A DNA stretch of 64,000 nucleotides from Octopus vulgaris. Its lineage: Eukaryota. The translations under genes and the position numbers were made by a program. This document shows, in pieces, positions 27,168 to 40,868 of this stretch (within the stretch, counting starts at the first letter, position 1; each line of letters begins with the position of its first letter). The DNA lies in the NCBI GenBank assembly GCA_951406725.2, contig OX597818.1:52638001-52702000 (forward strand), given 5' to 3'. The notes below the pieces were generated by a model. That model saw nothing but the letters and a program-made list of their open reading frames with translations, was not told where the DNA came from and did no database searches.

Positions 27168-27998
27168 GATAATAATGAGGGCAACAGCAACGCCTGCCGA
27201 TTGCTGTATATCCGAGCACATTGTTTTTTTATAAAACATTTTAAGGCAACAAACCTCTTACACAGTAACACATTAAGAGGGCAATAGTCCTCTTACATTA
27301 ACGACATGCAAAGCCATTTTGAGGCAATAAACCTCTTACAGAAGTCCTTTTAGGTATCAAAAATAAAATCTTCTTGCTCGATGGATCTACAATTTCTTGC
27401 TGATCAGCCTGCACAGGGATTTTCTTTTATAATGATTAAATGCTTGTACTAAACATTACATCATTCTCTTCAACGAACTGACATTGCCAGTACAGGCGCA
27501 CGCTGTACAATACGTCAGATGTTGAAGTGATTGTAGAGCTGCGTGAGATGAACTGATTTACTTAAAAACACGGCGCCCACCTGGTCCGTGTAATGGTGAG
27601 TGCACCATCCTAAACAGTAGGCTACGCTATGTACATATGTATATGAAGTGAACATAAATCAAACTTGTTTTTATTCCGTGTATAACTATTTTCAGTGACA
27701 TGGACGCATATAAAAAAACATAGACATATATTTTATCAGCAGGAGGCCAAAGAGATATTTGTTTGCTATAGATACATTTATTTACATAAAAGAAACAACT
27801 CTGTGTAAATAAAACCTGAATGCCATGAATTTCAAACAAAACACCGCTAAAAATTTTGAATAACGAAATGAGTGCAATTGGTACAGTAAACTGTTAATAT
27901 TTGTAAAATTCATCGGGGATGTATTTTCATACAATACCTACAGAAAATCTCAATGGACTTTTAATATATGATCAATAACTATGGTTATACATATTCAT

Positions 27999-28029
<31 letters not shown>

Positions 28030-28075
28030 AACGTACACACACATATATATATGTGTGTACTTACATATGTATGTA

Positions 28076-28495
28076 CGAGGCTGCGAGCTGGCAGAATCGT
28101 TAGCACACCGGGTGAAATGCTTCGCGGTATTTCGTCTGCTGCTACGTTCTGAGTTCAAATTCCGCCGAGGTCGACTTTGCTTTTCATCATTTCGGGGTCG
28201 ATAAATTAAGTGCCAGTTACGCACTGGGGTCGATATAAACGACTTAATCCGTTTGTCTGTCCTTGTTTGTTCTCTCTGTGTTTAGCCCCTTGTGGGTCGT
28301 AAAGGAATAGGTTTTTCGTCTGTTGTTACGTTCTGTGTCCAAATTCCACCGAGGTCGACTTTGCCTTTCATCCTTTCGGGGTCGATAAATAAAGTACCAG
28401 TTTCGCACCGGGGTCGATGTAATCGACTTAATCCGTTTGTCTGTCCTTGTTTGTCCCCTCTATGTTTAGCCCCTTGTGGGCAATAAAGAAATAGA
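28076..28495 (+). mobile_element. SINE family B, full plus partial tandem unit
   Basis: Second unit restarts at GGT(A/T)TTTCGTCTG near 28310. Confidence 0.9.
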
Positions 28496-28503
28496 TATGT
28501 GTG

Positions 28504-29870
28504 TACGAGGTTAAATCAAAATTAGACGCATTCTTAGTTTTGAAATTTATTAAAACAAAAGTAGATTGAACTTGCATCATTTTGCAACGTAGTCTCTTTG
28601 CTTTTCGATGCACTTCATCTAGCGAGCCACAAGCTTGTTTATTCCTCCAGAAAAGGCTTTCGGCTGTGGAGCAGCCATTTACGCACACCTACCTGTGGTT
28701 CTTCGTCCGTAGCAAATCGACGGCTTCGTAAAGGATGTTTGACTATCCCATCGAAAGACATGATAGTCAGAAGGGGCGAGATCTGGTCTGTATGCAGGTT
28801 GTCTCAGCAACCCGAACCCCAATTTCGGCGGTATGAGCAGCTTATATTGGCGTGCATTGTCATTCAATATGTTTTGATAGCAGGCCTCGGTGTCCTGTAG
28901 GAATTGCTAGTTTCAGTTGGTTGGCCAATATTTCACTGTAGCCTACGCTGGTGACTGTGAAACCCTTTTCAAGGTAATGCTCCAGCATAGGCCCATTTGC
29001 GTCCCCAAAAACAGTTAGTGTTACTTTCTGCAAAAGTTTGAACCTTGAATTTCTTTTTCGGTGGCGATTCGGGGTGTTTCCAGTCTATACTCTAGCTTTT
29101 AGATTCTGTCTCAAAACGATGGCCCACGTCTCATCTCATGTGACTATTCTCTTCAAAAGAGCTTTGCCTTCATCATTGTAGCGGTTGACCAAGCATTGTT
29201 AGATCTCCTACACGCTTGTGATTATGCGCTTTGGTAAGCTGTCTTGGCACCAATCTCGCACAGACTTTGCGGAAGCGAAGCTTGTCGTGGATATTTTGGA
29301 ATGCAGAACCGTGACGATTTTGCAGAGAACATGCCACCTTATTGATAGCCACACGTCGATTCGCCAGAACCATCTGTTAAACTTATTTCTTTATTACCCA
29401 CAAGGGGCTAAACATAGAGGGGGCAAACAAGGACAGACAAAGATATTAAGTCGATTATATCGACCCCAGTGCGTAACTGGTACTTATTTAATCGACCCCG
29501 AAAAGATGAAAGGCAAAGTCGACCTCGGCGGAATTTGAACTCAGGACTTAACGGTAGACGAAAACCGCGAAGCATTTCGCCCGGCGTCCTAACAAATCTG
29601 CCAGCTCGCCGCCTTCATCTGTTAAACTTGTTGTATTTTCATGTCAGTGGTTAAAGTTAATAGGCGTACTTCTCCCTTTTTGTGCTTGTTCTGCCATTTT
29701 TAAACTTCTGGATCACCCATACACACTTCTACGCGGTAGAGTGCTGTCCCCGTATTCTACTGAGAGCCTGCGATCAATTACAGCCCCTGATACATCTTCA
29801 GACCAGAGAAATCTGATCACTAATCACTGTTTTTCTTTGGGGCATACTGCCAGTGGAGTGGCCATGCTAA
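28504..29870 (-). mobile_element. Decayed mariner transposon
   Basis: TACGAGG terminus at 28504; PAYRPDLAPSDYHVF, DNAR, KVCARLVPRQLT; interrupted by a SINE. Confidence 0.9.
29385..29615 (-). mobile_element. SINE family B inserted in mariner
   Basis: 14-bp TSD CATCTGTTAAACTT at 29371-29384 and 29616-29629. Confidence 0.92.
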
Positions 29871-30051
29871 CTCTGTAACAAAGAAAAAAGAAAAGAAAAA
29901 GAAAAAGAAAACTGCAGCAATGAAGGTAAGAGTACATAACCACAAAAGTACCACTTTTTAGCACCATACGAGTACTGAAAAGACAGTGTGGCCAACTTTT
30001 AGCAAAAGTGCGGACAAAATGATATATTCTACAAGTGTTGCATTATTATAA

Positions 30052-30115
<64 letters not shown>

Positions 30116-30249
30116 CTTGTCGTATCTGGGGAGAGTCATTCTGTTTTAATGCATTATTAATTAACACACTCACCTGTTTGAAATCCGCTCATTTACGATT
30201 TTTTTCTGAAATTTTCGTTGCTTCTTGCAACCTCTTCCATAGTTGTTGA

Positions 30250-30284
<35 letters not shown>

Positions 30285-30837
30285 CCTCTCTCTCTCTGTA
30301 TGTATGTATGTACGTATGTACGTGTGTATGTATGTATGTGTGTATGTATGTATGTATGTATGCGTGCATGTATGTATACATGTATGTATGTGTGTATGTA
30401 TTTATATATGTATGTATGTATGTATTTATGTATGTATGTATGTATGTATGTATGTATGTATGTATGTATGTATGTATGTATGTATGTATGTATGTATGTA
30501 TGTGTGTATGTATGTATGTATGTATGTGTGTATGTATGTATGTATGTATGTATGAGTGTATAATGCAACACTTTACATAGGCGCAGGAGTGGCTGTGTGG
30601 TAAATAGCTTGCTTACCCATGAGTCTCTGTTGTCAGTGAGCGCATGTGTCATTGTGTTGTGCACCGAGGAAGATAGCCGGCAGTGTTTAGCCTGCCCAAA
30701 AAAGCTGCAGCAAGACCTTTGTCCCTTGGGCCCAGTGGGGTTCGTTGTCTGTGCTTATATTGTTTTACAAACAAGGAGTCCTCAGTGGATTCAGGATGTT
30801 GGCCTCCCTGCAGTTCAGCAATATGGTTCATATTAAA

Positions 30838-31347
30838 TGAATTTTTTTTCTCATTGTGAGAAGTACAGTTTTGTGGGCGTATCCTTCAACCAAAAGTTGT
30901 TCACATTTTAACAGTGTATGTTTTTACAACAACATTTACCATCATTGGAAAGCTGTATTTCAAGTGTTCACATGAAGTGACATTTTTTTTTCTCATTGTG
31001 GGAAGTATAGTTTGGTGACGTATCCTGCCACCAAAAAGTCGTTCGCTGTTTGTAAATACTGTGTATTTTTACAACTACGTTGGAAACCTGTATTTCAAGT
31101 GGAACAGACCAGGTTCTAATTGGAGTACCTTAGGGCTTGGAGTACCAGTTTGTAAATACTGTGTATTTTTACAACTACGTTGGAAACCTGTATTTCAAGT
31201 GGAACAGACCAGGTTCTAATTGGAGTACCTTAGGGCTTGGAGTACCTGTTTGTAAATAGTGTGTATTTTTACAACTACGTTGGAAACCTGTATTTCAAGT
31301 GGAACAGTCCAGGTTGTAATTGGAGTACCTTAGGGCTTGGAGTACCT
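30838..31347. repeat. Minisatellite: ~140-bp unit x ~1.5 followed by 100-bp unit x 3
   Basis: Units start at 31048, 31148, 31248 and are near identical; TTGGAAA.CTGTATTTCAAGTG is shared with the upstream unit. Confidence 0.93.
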
Positions 31348-31399
31348 GAATGCCAAAAATACTTTTTTGCTGTTTTGACCCCGTGGACCCAATCAGCCA

Positions 31400-32350
31400 T
31401 GGATCTGGTTACGTCAGATTTTTTTGAAAATAATTGGGTGCAGGTACCCGGTGATTCTTGAGGGTCGCCCCCACCTACCCAGGTGTCATCGGTGCCTGAA
31501 GCCTGGCCATATAAAGAAAAACTGCCCTCAGGGACAAAGCAAAGTTAATTGAGACCTCTGTAGAAAAGGGAACGAAGGCAGCTAAGGAGATGCAGGACTC
31601 CTCAGGGAAAGGCCGCAAGAGGAAGAAGGTGAGTAACAATGGGTGCTCACCGACGGATCCTGGGGATGAGGGAGGGGAGGTGAATCTCCCGGTCACAAGG
31701 AGACGCACCCTATCTCAGTTGAGAGGAAAATAAGAGGAAGAGGAAGAGAAACGGGACATTGCCGGCAATTGGTGACATAGCACCGGAATGTCCCGGAACT
31801 TTGCCGATAGGGGTTGTGCCATCGGCAGGGGATGAGACACCGTTGGAGGGACTTGTGCCGCCAACGGTAGAATTGACTACTTTGAACCCGGAGGAAGAGG
31901 ATATTCTTCTACAGAGGCGGAGAGGTAGAAGTGGTGGCGGAAAAGCACCATAAAGGAGTACCTTTAACATTTACACAGGATCCCAAATGGCCTCCGCAGA
32001 TAGCTGTGGAGGTCATAACGGTGTCTGTGGGGTATAGGCTGCAGGGACTCAATGAGGAATATCACTTGTGGCCGGGCGACGCCGGCTCGGAGCCCGCCTT
32101 AGTCTTGAATGAGGCGCGGGGAATGGTGGAGTATACGGGCACAAGCGATGTTGGGGAGGAATAATGACAAGAGGTTGAAAAGCCTCAGTGTTATAATGTT
32201 TATTGCAGAATGTTTAATGTTTATTTCATGTTATTGTGTTTAAGAGGCTTAACGCCCCAATTCTTAAACGGACCATTAGTCCAAAAATTGTAATACTGAA
32301 GTAAGAGGTTCAATACCTTGCTTTGTCTTTTTCTGTGAAAAAAAAAAAAG
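31400..32350 (+). mobile_element. Gag/ORF1-like zinc-knuckle retrocopy with poly(A) and no ORF2
   Basis: YPVILEGRPHLPRCHRCLKPGHIKKNCP (CX2CX4HX4C) at 31445-31528, GC-rich broken frame, A-run at 32338-32349. Confidence 0.7.
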
Positions 32351-32609
32351 AGAAGAAAATAATGTTTTAGAGAAGCAAAAAATCGGCGGGAGTTTTTTGT
32401 CTTCTCCCATTAATATCATCCTTTTCATCATTCACCTCATCAATGTCTTTGTCCAGCCCACAAGCTACTCTTTGCCACCTTATCTATGCAAAGACTGGAT
32501 ATTTCCGGTATTCTGTACTGAAAAAAATTCCATCGTTAATGGTCCAATTGCAACGAATACAAAGACAATATCCAACATACAATTTATGGCAAAACTTTTG
32601 AAATAAAGT

Positions 32610-32621
32610 AGCTTGCCCGTC

Positions 32622-32700
<79 letters not shown>

Positions 32701-32935
32701 TGTATGTATGTATGTATGTATGTATTTATGTGTGTGTGTGTGTTCCCCCACCATCGGTTCACAGCCGATGCTGGTGTGTTTACGCTCACGTAACTTAGCG
32801 GTTCAGCAAAAGAGTCGGATAGAATAAGTACTAGGCTTACAAACAATAAGTCCTGGGGTTGATTTGTTCAAGAAAAGGCGGTGCTCCAGCATGGTCGCAG
32901 TTAAACGACAGAAACAAATAAAAGAATAAAAAGAA
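32610..32935 (+). mobile_element. SINE family A 3' part; matching 5' tip lies at 30578-30620
   Basis: Homology to family A; GCCCGTCG precedes the internal microsatellite as in intact copies. Confidence 0.8.
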
Positions 32936-32999
32936 TAGTACAAACATTATTTGGCATGGAACTCAATACTCTGAATGGACAGGTACAAATTTCCTTTTT

Positions 33000-34450
33000 A
33001 TCAAGGTTCATATACCTATATTTGTCCAGGTGTATGCTTAAGAACTGTTCGATGTGCGTTTAGCAATTTGCATGTGCGTTTAACAATTTTGCTTCGCATT
33101 TTTTGTTGAAGCTCTTATAATAGTACCTAAATATTAATTGCTAAGAATGGTCCTGTACACAAATAGGTGTATTAGCAAAGGAATCCCTTAATCTTAAGGT
33201 AATAAAAACAATGACATCATGCAGTCTTAAAGATGATTAGTCAGTTACTGATAAAATATCATCGTATATATTGAATTTAATTAAGCTGATTAATAAATTT
33301 TCTGTCTACGACGAGTTTGCATAGCGAAGCGAAGTAGTTTTCAACTGTCCTGAGTATTTGATTAATTAAATTTAATTAATTTTAAATTGCTGTATTGATA
33401 AATTTATACTTGCAGTATTGACCGAAATCTATAGATTTATTCCGTAGTACATCGTAGCCTTATGAAACGAACACTGCTGAAGCGTTGCTAATTTATTGAT
33501 TGAACTATCTTCCAAGAATGCATCATTTATGTGACTCAGTGAGTTTAATTTAAAGATTCTATGACTAAATACATTGTGGACTACCAGACAATTATAGTCA
33601 GCTATTGGTGAAATCTCAACAGAGAATTAAACTGCTCACTCCCCATTTTTCTGACCACAGTGAAACCCTAAAAAAATAAATAAAGTCTTTTACCACAGTA
33701 TATGTTTCTTTATTACCCACAAGGGGCCAAACTAGGACAGACAAACGGATTAAGTCGATTACATCGACCCCAGTGTGTAACTGGTACTTAATTTATCGAC
33801 CCCGAGAGGATGAAAGTCAAAGTCGTCCTCGGCGGGATTTGAACTCAGAACGTAACGGCAGTCGTAATACGGCTCTGCATTTCGCCCGGCGTGCTAACGA
33901 TTCTGCCAGCTCACCGCCCTCTTTTACCACAGTATATTTAATGAATTTCAACGAATTTATGCCGGAAGTAATAACTGAAATTTTAGCCTTATTCCAATAT
34001 TTCTTAACATAAAAAATGAGTACTGTTAATTAGTCAGTATTTTTCAGCTAATTACTGCAATGTTGTTTATCTCTTCCTGGTATCTTATCGTCTTTCTAAA
34101 TAGTCTTGTTCATTTTTCTGAAAGTATTCTTGCTAATTAAGCTTTCGCGGTATTAATTAGTTAACATCACAAATTCGAAGCAAAATTTCTTTTTCGCCAT
34201 TAAGCATTATGCTTAGCTAGACATTCCTACCTATTATTTAATTTCATTTTATGAGCCTTTTTTGTTTTGCGTTACTGTTTATATAATTTTAAGTATTTAT
34301 GTTATTCTTTTGTAATTTGGGGTAATATTCTTACTAAGTAATTGTTTATAGGTGTTGTTTTCTGCTTCATAAAGGTTATTTGTTTTTATCAAAGAATATA
34401 AAGTTCTCGTTTTTGTCATTCTTAATGCTGTTAATGTCAGATATAAGGTT
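33000..34450 (-). mobile_element. Highly decayed Penelope-like RT region
   Basis: AT-rich; minus-strand traces resembling LINPAK...ISK near 34125-34160; weak. Confidence 0.35.
33704..33920 (-). mobile_element. SINE family B with 17-bp TSD
   Basis: CTTTTACCACAGTATAT at 33687-33703 and 33921-33937. Confidence 0.93.
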
Positions 34451-35039
34451 ATTTTGAAAGATATTAGTGTATCAACGGAAGTGTGTATTGGCTGTCATAT
34501 CCAAAAGGTCAGACTGAAAAATTTCTTGTGTTTGTTTATTTAATTATTTATCTATTTGCCTAGTGGTCGATGATTTGTCTCTGGTGACAGAATCATAGAA
34601 GAAAAATGATTCAAAGATGAGATTGCTTGCATTTCTAACACCCTGTCTTTCAATGATGAGAATCCACCTCGTGACATCATCTCCTGTATAACTCTTTTTA
34701 TGCTAAACGTTTAATCAAACATCGCTAATTCTTTTTATATTCATATACAGGCATTTCCCGCATAACCATCATTGCTGGAAATTATTCAGCAAGAATAGTC
34801 TAAGAGTGAATTACTACTGTACTCTGTGCATAAAAATTATTGTAAGACACAAGGTAACAAATTTAACACAGATTAACCAGAAACATGAGTGCCTGTCTAG
34901 AAAGAATGAAAAGTAGAGAATGTGTATGTAAACTACGAGATGAAGATAGGAGGAAATGGAAAATACAAATACACACGTACACACACAATTTCACACAGAC
35001 GCACACATATATAATTGTAAGACAAATGTTTCCTTAATC

Positions 35040-35720
35040 CAGTCCATGTTTCTGCCAAATAAACAGGTGAACTGGTCATGTGATACGGATAGGGGATGAG
35101 CGCATCTCCAAGCAGTTTTTTATGGCAAACTGTGTGCTGGTAAGCGAAAACAACGAAGACCAGAAAGAAAGAAAAAAGGTTTAAAGACTTGCTAAACATC
35201 AGTCTTAGAGAGTTGAATATACTAAACAAAGATGTTGAATCTATTACTCTTGACAGAAATAAATGGGGAAAATGATTTGGTCTAGGGTAAAGGATTATGA
35301 AAAAGAGAAACAAAAGTGTGCAAAAATGAAAAGGGAACAACAGAAATATAACACTCAGAGTTAGTGTCATCCACCACTTGCTCAACATGTGGTAATACTT
35401 CCCTTTCTAATGCTAGCTCAACTTCACATCTCAGAATTCATCTTCATGTAGATGGCCCAAATAACATAAAGATCATTGCAGCAGACACGCTCATATGCGT
35501 TATTTGCAATAAGACATGCAAATCCCCTGCTAGTCTAAAATAGCATTTAAACATCCATAAATCAGGTAACACAGGCAACACTGTGCCACATGAGGTGAGA
35601 TATATTTGCACTGTTTGTAACGCAAATTTCAAACAGCTTTAGGGATTCAAAAGCCACTTATGTGCTCATGCACGGTGAAACACATATAACAAGAAGTGGT
35701 CAAGCTTTGAATATAAGCAG
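35040..35720 (+). mobile_element. RTE LINE 3' remnant with two decayed C2H2-like fingers
   Basis: W.GHVIR..., FYGKLCAGKR, KRFKDLL; CVICNKTCKS.ASLK*HLNIH and CTVC...GFKSHLCAH. Confidence 0.65.
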
Positions 35721-35726
35721 ACTACA

Positions 35727-35765
<39 letters not shown>

Positions 35766-35864
35766 CTTGTGAAATTGCTCATAAAGGAGTGTCAAGATGC
35801 CAATAGAATATTGTGAAACTATCAAACAACGGTGAGGAATAAATCTACAAAGTGGCTATTCACG

Positions 35865-36517
35865 ACCACAGGACTTATTCTTTGTAAGCCTAGTACTTAT
35901 TCTATCGGTCTCATTTGCCGAACTGCTAAGTTACGGGGACGTAAACGCACCAGCATCGGTTGTCAAGCAATGTTGGGGGGGTGGGCACAAACACAGGCAC
36001 ACAAACATATACACATACGAGCTGGCAGAAACGTTAGCACGTCGGGCAAAATGTGTAGCCGTATTTCGTCTGCCGTTACGTTCTGAGTTCAAATTCCGCC
36101 GAGGTCGACTTTGCCTTTCATCCTTTCGGGGTCGATAAATTAAGTACCAGTTACGCACTGTGGCCGATATAATCGACTTAATCCGTCTGTCTGTCCTTGT
36201 TTGTCTCCTCTGTGTTTAGCCCTTGTGGGTAGTAAAGAAATAGGTATTTCGTCTGCCGTTACGTTCTGAGTTCAAATTCCGCCGAGGTCGACTTTGCCTT
36301 TCATCCTTTCGGGGTCGATAAATTTAGTACCAGTTACGCACTGGGGTCGATGTAATCGACTTAATCCCTTTGTTTGTCCTTGTTTGTCCCCTCTATGTTT
36401 AACCCCTTGTGGGCAATAAAGAAATAACAAACATATACACACACACATACATATACATATATATACATATACACGACGGGCTCCTTTCAGTTTCCGCCTA
36501 CAAAATCCACTTACAAA
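35865..36517. mobile_element. Family A SINE (-) with a family B dimer (+, 36018-36425) nested in its microsatellite core
   Basis: ACAAACATATACACA duplicated either side of the nested element. Confidence 0.85.
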
Positions 36518-36594
36518 ATGTCGCCAAGCATTTCGTCCGACGTACTAACGATTTTGCCCGCTAGCTGCCTTGAAAGAATAGTAATACAAATAAC

Positions 36595-37115
36595 TCAATG
36601 CCGTTGGCTGGATACGAACCGTTTATCTTGTTGTCTGCTGGTACATCTGTGCATATATTCTCGATGCTCTCTTGTAGCACTAAAACAAAATCACACACAC
36701 ACACACACACACACAAGGTCACATTTAAATTACTTGCCTCAACAGAAATTTACACAAAAATCGTCTTTCTGTTCTTGGTAACATGAATCTTTCAGACATT
36801 GATAATAGTTATGAGCTGTCATAGTGTTAACTCTATGAAGACCGAAAGCAGAAAACATACAACATACATACATTCATACATACATACTTACATGCGTGTG
36901 TATGTATGTATGTATGTATGTACGTAATACAACCAAATAAATAGATAAAAAATAAAACATTAAAAGATAAAGTAAAATATAAAAAAAAGAAATCGGCAAG
37001 TGACCTTGAGAGTACATGTCTACTCAGGGAAAGAATACCGCTGAAGCTAAATCTAACTAAATACCCAGCTGTATATAATCGCAGACTTGGTATGTTGTTA
37101 GCTGATAGCGTTTTA
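36595..37115 (-). pseudogene. Candidate three-exon small Cys-rich peptide (pseudo)gene
   Basis: Exons 37115-37005 (111 nt), 36832-36734 (99 nt), 36679-36595; all GT-AG and phase 2; YYQCLKDSCYQEQKDDFCVNFC*G...YMHRC with one in-frame TGA. Confidence 0.45.
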
Positions 37116-37647
37116 CTGTGAGAGGAAGAAAAATAAGCGGTGAGTTGTAGTCTGGGTTAAAACATTGCTTTACATACAACCACTTCACAGCGACGTTAAA
37201 TGGGTTAAAAGCAATTATTATGGTGTAACAAGATCAGATTTTTTTTTCTCAATTCTGTATTCAATTATATATATGTTAATTCAAATAAAAGGTCAATGAC
37301 ACGTAAGTAAAAAGTACAGACATGCAAACATACACATCCGAGCATGCATGTGCTGCTAAAACATACATGCATGCGAACATATACTCACGCTCAACATATA
37401 CTCAAGGATGAAGACGCACAGACACATATGCATCGTATGTATATCTCTATGTATGTGTGTATGTATGTATGTATGTAAGTATGTATGCATGCATGTGTGT
37501 ATGTATGCGCGTGTATATATGTATATAAATGTGTATATGTGTCTGTGTACGTGTGGAGGTGGAGTTGTATTTACGCACAAAAATATATGTATATATATGT
37601 ATATGTATATGTATATATATATATATATACATACATGTGTATGAATG

Positions 37648-37700
<53 letters not shown>

Positions 37701-37999
37701 ACATACATATATACATATATATATATATAGGTATAGATAATAGATAGATAGATATACATGCATACATACATACATATATAAACATATATATACCTGCCTA
37801 TTCATCAATCTAATTATACATCTTGCTATCTATGCATCCTTTCACACACATATATATAGTCTTGCATACACACACACATACATATGCATTAATAAATATA
37901 TGTACGTAACTATTACTAACTGACGCCATATCTCTCGCAGGTGCACGCACCTGTTCCTTGCCATATCTGTTAATTTATTTGCGCGCTCGTGTAACTAAG

Positions 38000-38428
38000 T
38001 ATAATGTATGTTTATACTGGAGTGCTTTACACAGTGGAGTCATATTTGTCGGAAATATAATATCTTGTTTTAAACGCGGTTCTGAAGTCCGTTTTCTTCG
38101 ATTATTTGGATGTTGCGTAAGGGAGGGAGTAAGAGAATAACTTTTGAGGACAGTTTTTCTGCTGTTGGATCTCATCTGGCACTCAACACTCTCCTTCGAC
38201 TTCACAAACTGCCTACGTGAAGTAGTGTACCTACCCCTGGCAAACAGTATCGGATGACTAACAAAACTAGGTTCAGCGTAGCTGTATAGTCTGAAACTCA
38301 CGGTGAAAACTATTAAAATTTGCCACCTTATCTATGCAAAGACTGGATATTTCCGGTATTCTGTACTGAAAAAAAATTCCATCGTTAATGGTCCAATTGC
38401 AACGAATACAAAGACAATATCCAACAAC
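38000..38428 (+). mobile_element. Possible pogo/Tigger DDE remnant
   Basis: FLLLDLIWHS...VVYLPLAN resembles LLLDN..H...V.FLP.N; last ~107 bp duplicated at 32471-32578. Confidence 0.35.
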
Positions 38429-38856
38429 GTCACTGTGTGACGCACACCTCAGGTAACGGTAAGATACGTAGATCGCTCTAGATATCTCGCTGCATCCTTG
38501 CCATTGGGTCCTAGATCTCAGGAACGAGAGAGTTAGGCTGATCGTTCACCTCAGCCCTTCAGCACTATAATTTTATTCTAGTACAAAACTTGGATTTCTC
38601 AGGGTCACGAGTAGACTGTATTTTCGTTCAGGGATTTGGAGTAACGTGCACGTTAGCAGCCCAGAAATACAGCTGCTTATTTAGTTTCCACATTCGTAAG
38701 AGCATGCAGACTGTGTAATGTAGGTAGTAAGCAACCGCGATCCAATCTCATCCACTGGGAATTGCCTTACAGATTGCTGATGGTCTTTAAGATGTGCAGT
38801 CAGTTGTCTAAGAGTTTTCTTGGTCGTCTTCCAAAACAAGAGACGAACAAAATTCG

Positions 38857-39087
<231 letters not shown>

Positions 39088-39390
39088 AAACAGAGGGTTA
39101 CCTAATTGCAAACAAATGTGGTAACATGTAACATTATTGACCGAGGTTACCGTGGTCTTTTCCGTAGGCTTTTGTTTCCATGGATAAACCTTATCTGCTT
39201 CCCCCTTTACACTTTACATCATGACACTGTGATAAACGATCCCTATTGATCGTTTTTTTCTTTCCCTTTTATGATCTCTTTTGATCGAAAACCTACCCCA
39301 CTTTTTTTTTCTTCTCTTCCCCAAAAGGAAAAGCTCTACTTTGTAATCTGTCCCGTCTGTGTGCAGCCCCGTGTGTCTAAAAAAGAAACA
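39088..39390 (+). mobile_element. 3' UTR of the Tx1-like LINE inside (CTAT)n
   Basis: Homologous to 16888-17194. Confidence 0.88.
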
Positions 39391-39589
<199 letters not shown>

Positions 39590-39599
39590 TCTTTTTTAA

Positions 39600-40030
39600 T
39601 GACATGTCAACTTTGGAGAAATTCTTGATCCTTGAGAACATCTCCCCCTCTCGCATGGAACTGTTTCAATTTGCCATGTGGTAATTGTGAGACATCCTCT
39701 GGAGACGGAGCTAATAAACCAATAATTTATATTCTATGGTATCTGATACATCTGTATTATTCTATGTAGTTCATATACATGCCACTGGCATGCAAATTAC
39801 CTAAGCCATAAGTGTGTTCTATTCTTTTTGTGCATGTCTAAGATCCTTAGCTGCTGAAGACAAGTTAAGAAAATTGTCATGCTGTTGACTCCGGAACACG
39901 TGTCCAAAACTGTCCTCCTATCTCAAGACAATAATCTTATCCTTTTCTTTATTGGTATGTCAACATTGAAGAATTCTTAATTCTTTGGACTATTTCCTCA
40001 TTTGCCATTTGCTAATTTTGCCCGTCTATA
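39600..40030 (-). mobile_element. Possible decayed RTE endonuclease region
   Basis: Minus-strand traces resembling GDFNGHVG, QH.LLV, W.KL. Confidence 0.3.
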
Positions 40031-40146
40031 TAGACAGAGATAATTTAAATAAATCAGGATTCAATGTGCGTGCGTACGCGCGCATATATATATATATATA
40101 TATATGTATATGTACAGGTATATGTATATATATGTGCTTATGTATG

Positions 40147-40187
<41 letters not shown>

Positions 40188-40234
40188 GTGCGTGCATCTT
40201 GTGTCGTATATATATTTATCTTTTTGATTGTACT

Positions 40235-40370
40235 TTATAATATCTGACGAGGCCTAGGGATATATATATAAGTACCTCGTTTTCAACTGTCTACCACCTC
40301 AATACACTTGACTTATATAGGCACAATGAGTTACTATTATCCATAGGCTGAAACAGCTGTAAGTGATTTT
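40235..40370 (+). ncRNA. Hammerhead motif with large stem II insertion
   Basis: CTGACGA GGCCTAgGGAT...ATCCaTAGGCT GAAAC AGCT GTA; palindromic stem III ACAGCTGT; stem I weak. Confidence 0.6.
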
Positions 40371-40868
40371 AATAATTTATATTCATGTTTTTTAATAACT
40401 ACTCGCATTCTCATCTTATATGCATTGAGTAATATACTATATGTATGTATGTTATTATGATTGTCGTTTTGATAAATATAAGTCAACATTTTAATATCCT
40501 AAAGCTGATGAACCAACTAATGTGCTTCTCCAATTTCTTATTTGTAATATATATATATATATATTCCTCTCTCTTTCTCTATCCTTCTTTCTTTCTCTCT
40601 CTCTCTCCCTCTTTCTTTCTTTCTCTCTGATAGTATAAACGCATGGCTAGTTGACTTTTCACCGTCATTCAAATCCGAAAAATGTCGCTGAATGATATGT
40701 AAACAAGTTTTAGTTTCAAGAGCAAAACAGTAAATTGATATAAATCGTATACTGTTGTGTTAATATGATATTTTTAAAATAAAAGATCGTTATTTTTCTC
40801 GTGACAGAGATGTTTCCATACTTGTTATTTGCATATGACTTAAAGGAAACTTTTGTATCGATGAGAAT

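Noticed and set aside
31048-31347. Regular repeats as a possible CRISPR array
   Set aside because: Whole 100-bp units repeat with no unique spacers; eukaryotic context, no cas genes.
36739-36741. In-frame TGA as selenocysteine
   Set aside because: No SECIS recognised and no selenoprotein-like context; CGA decay or a true stop is simpler.
37070-37146. Plus-strand TATA box and GTGAGT donor as a first exon
   Set aside because: Short motifs expected by chance; the minus-strand exon model explains the region better.
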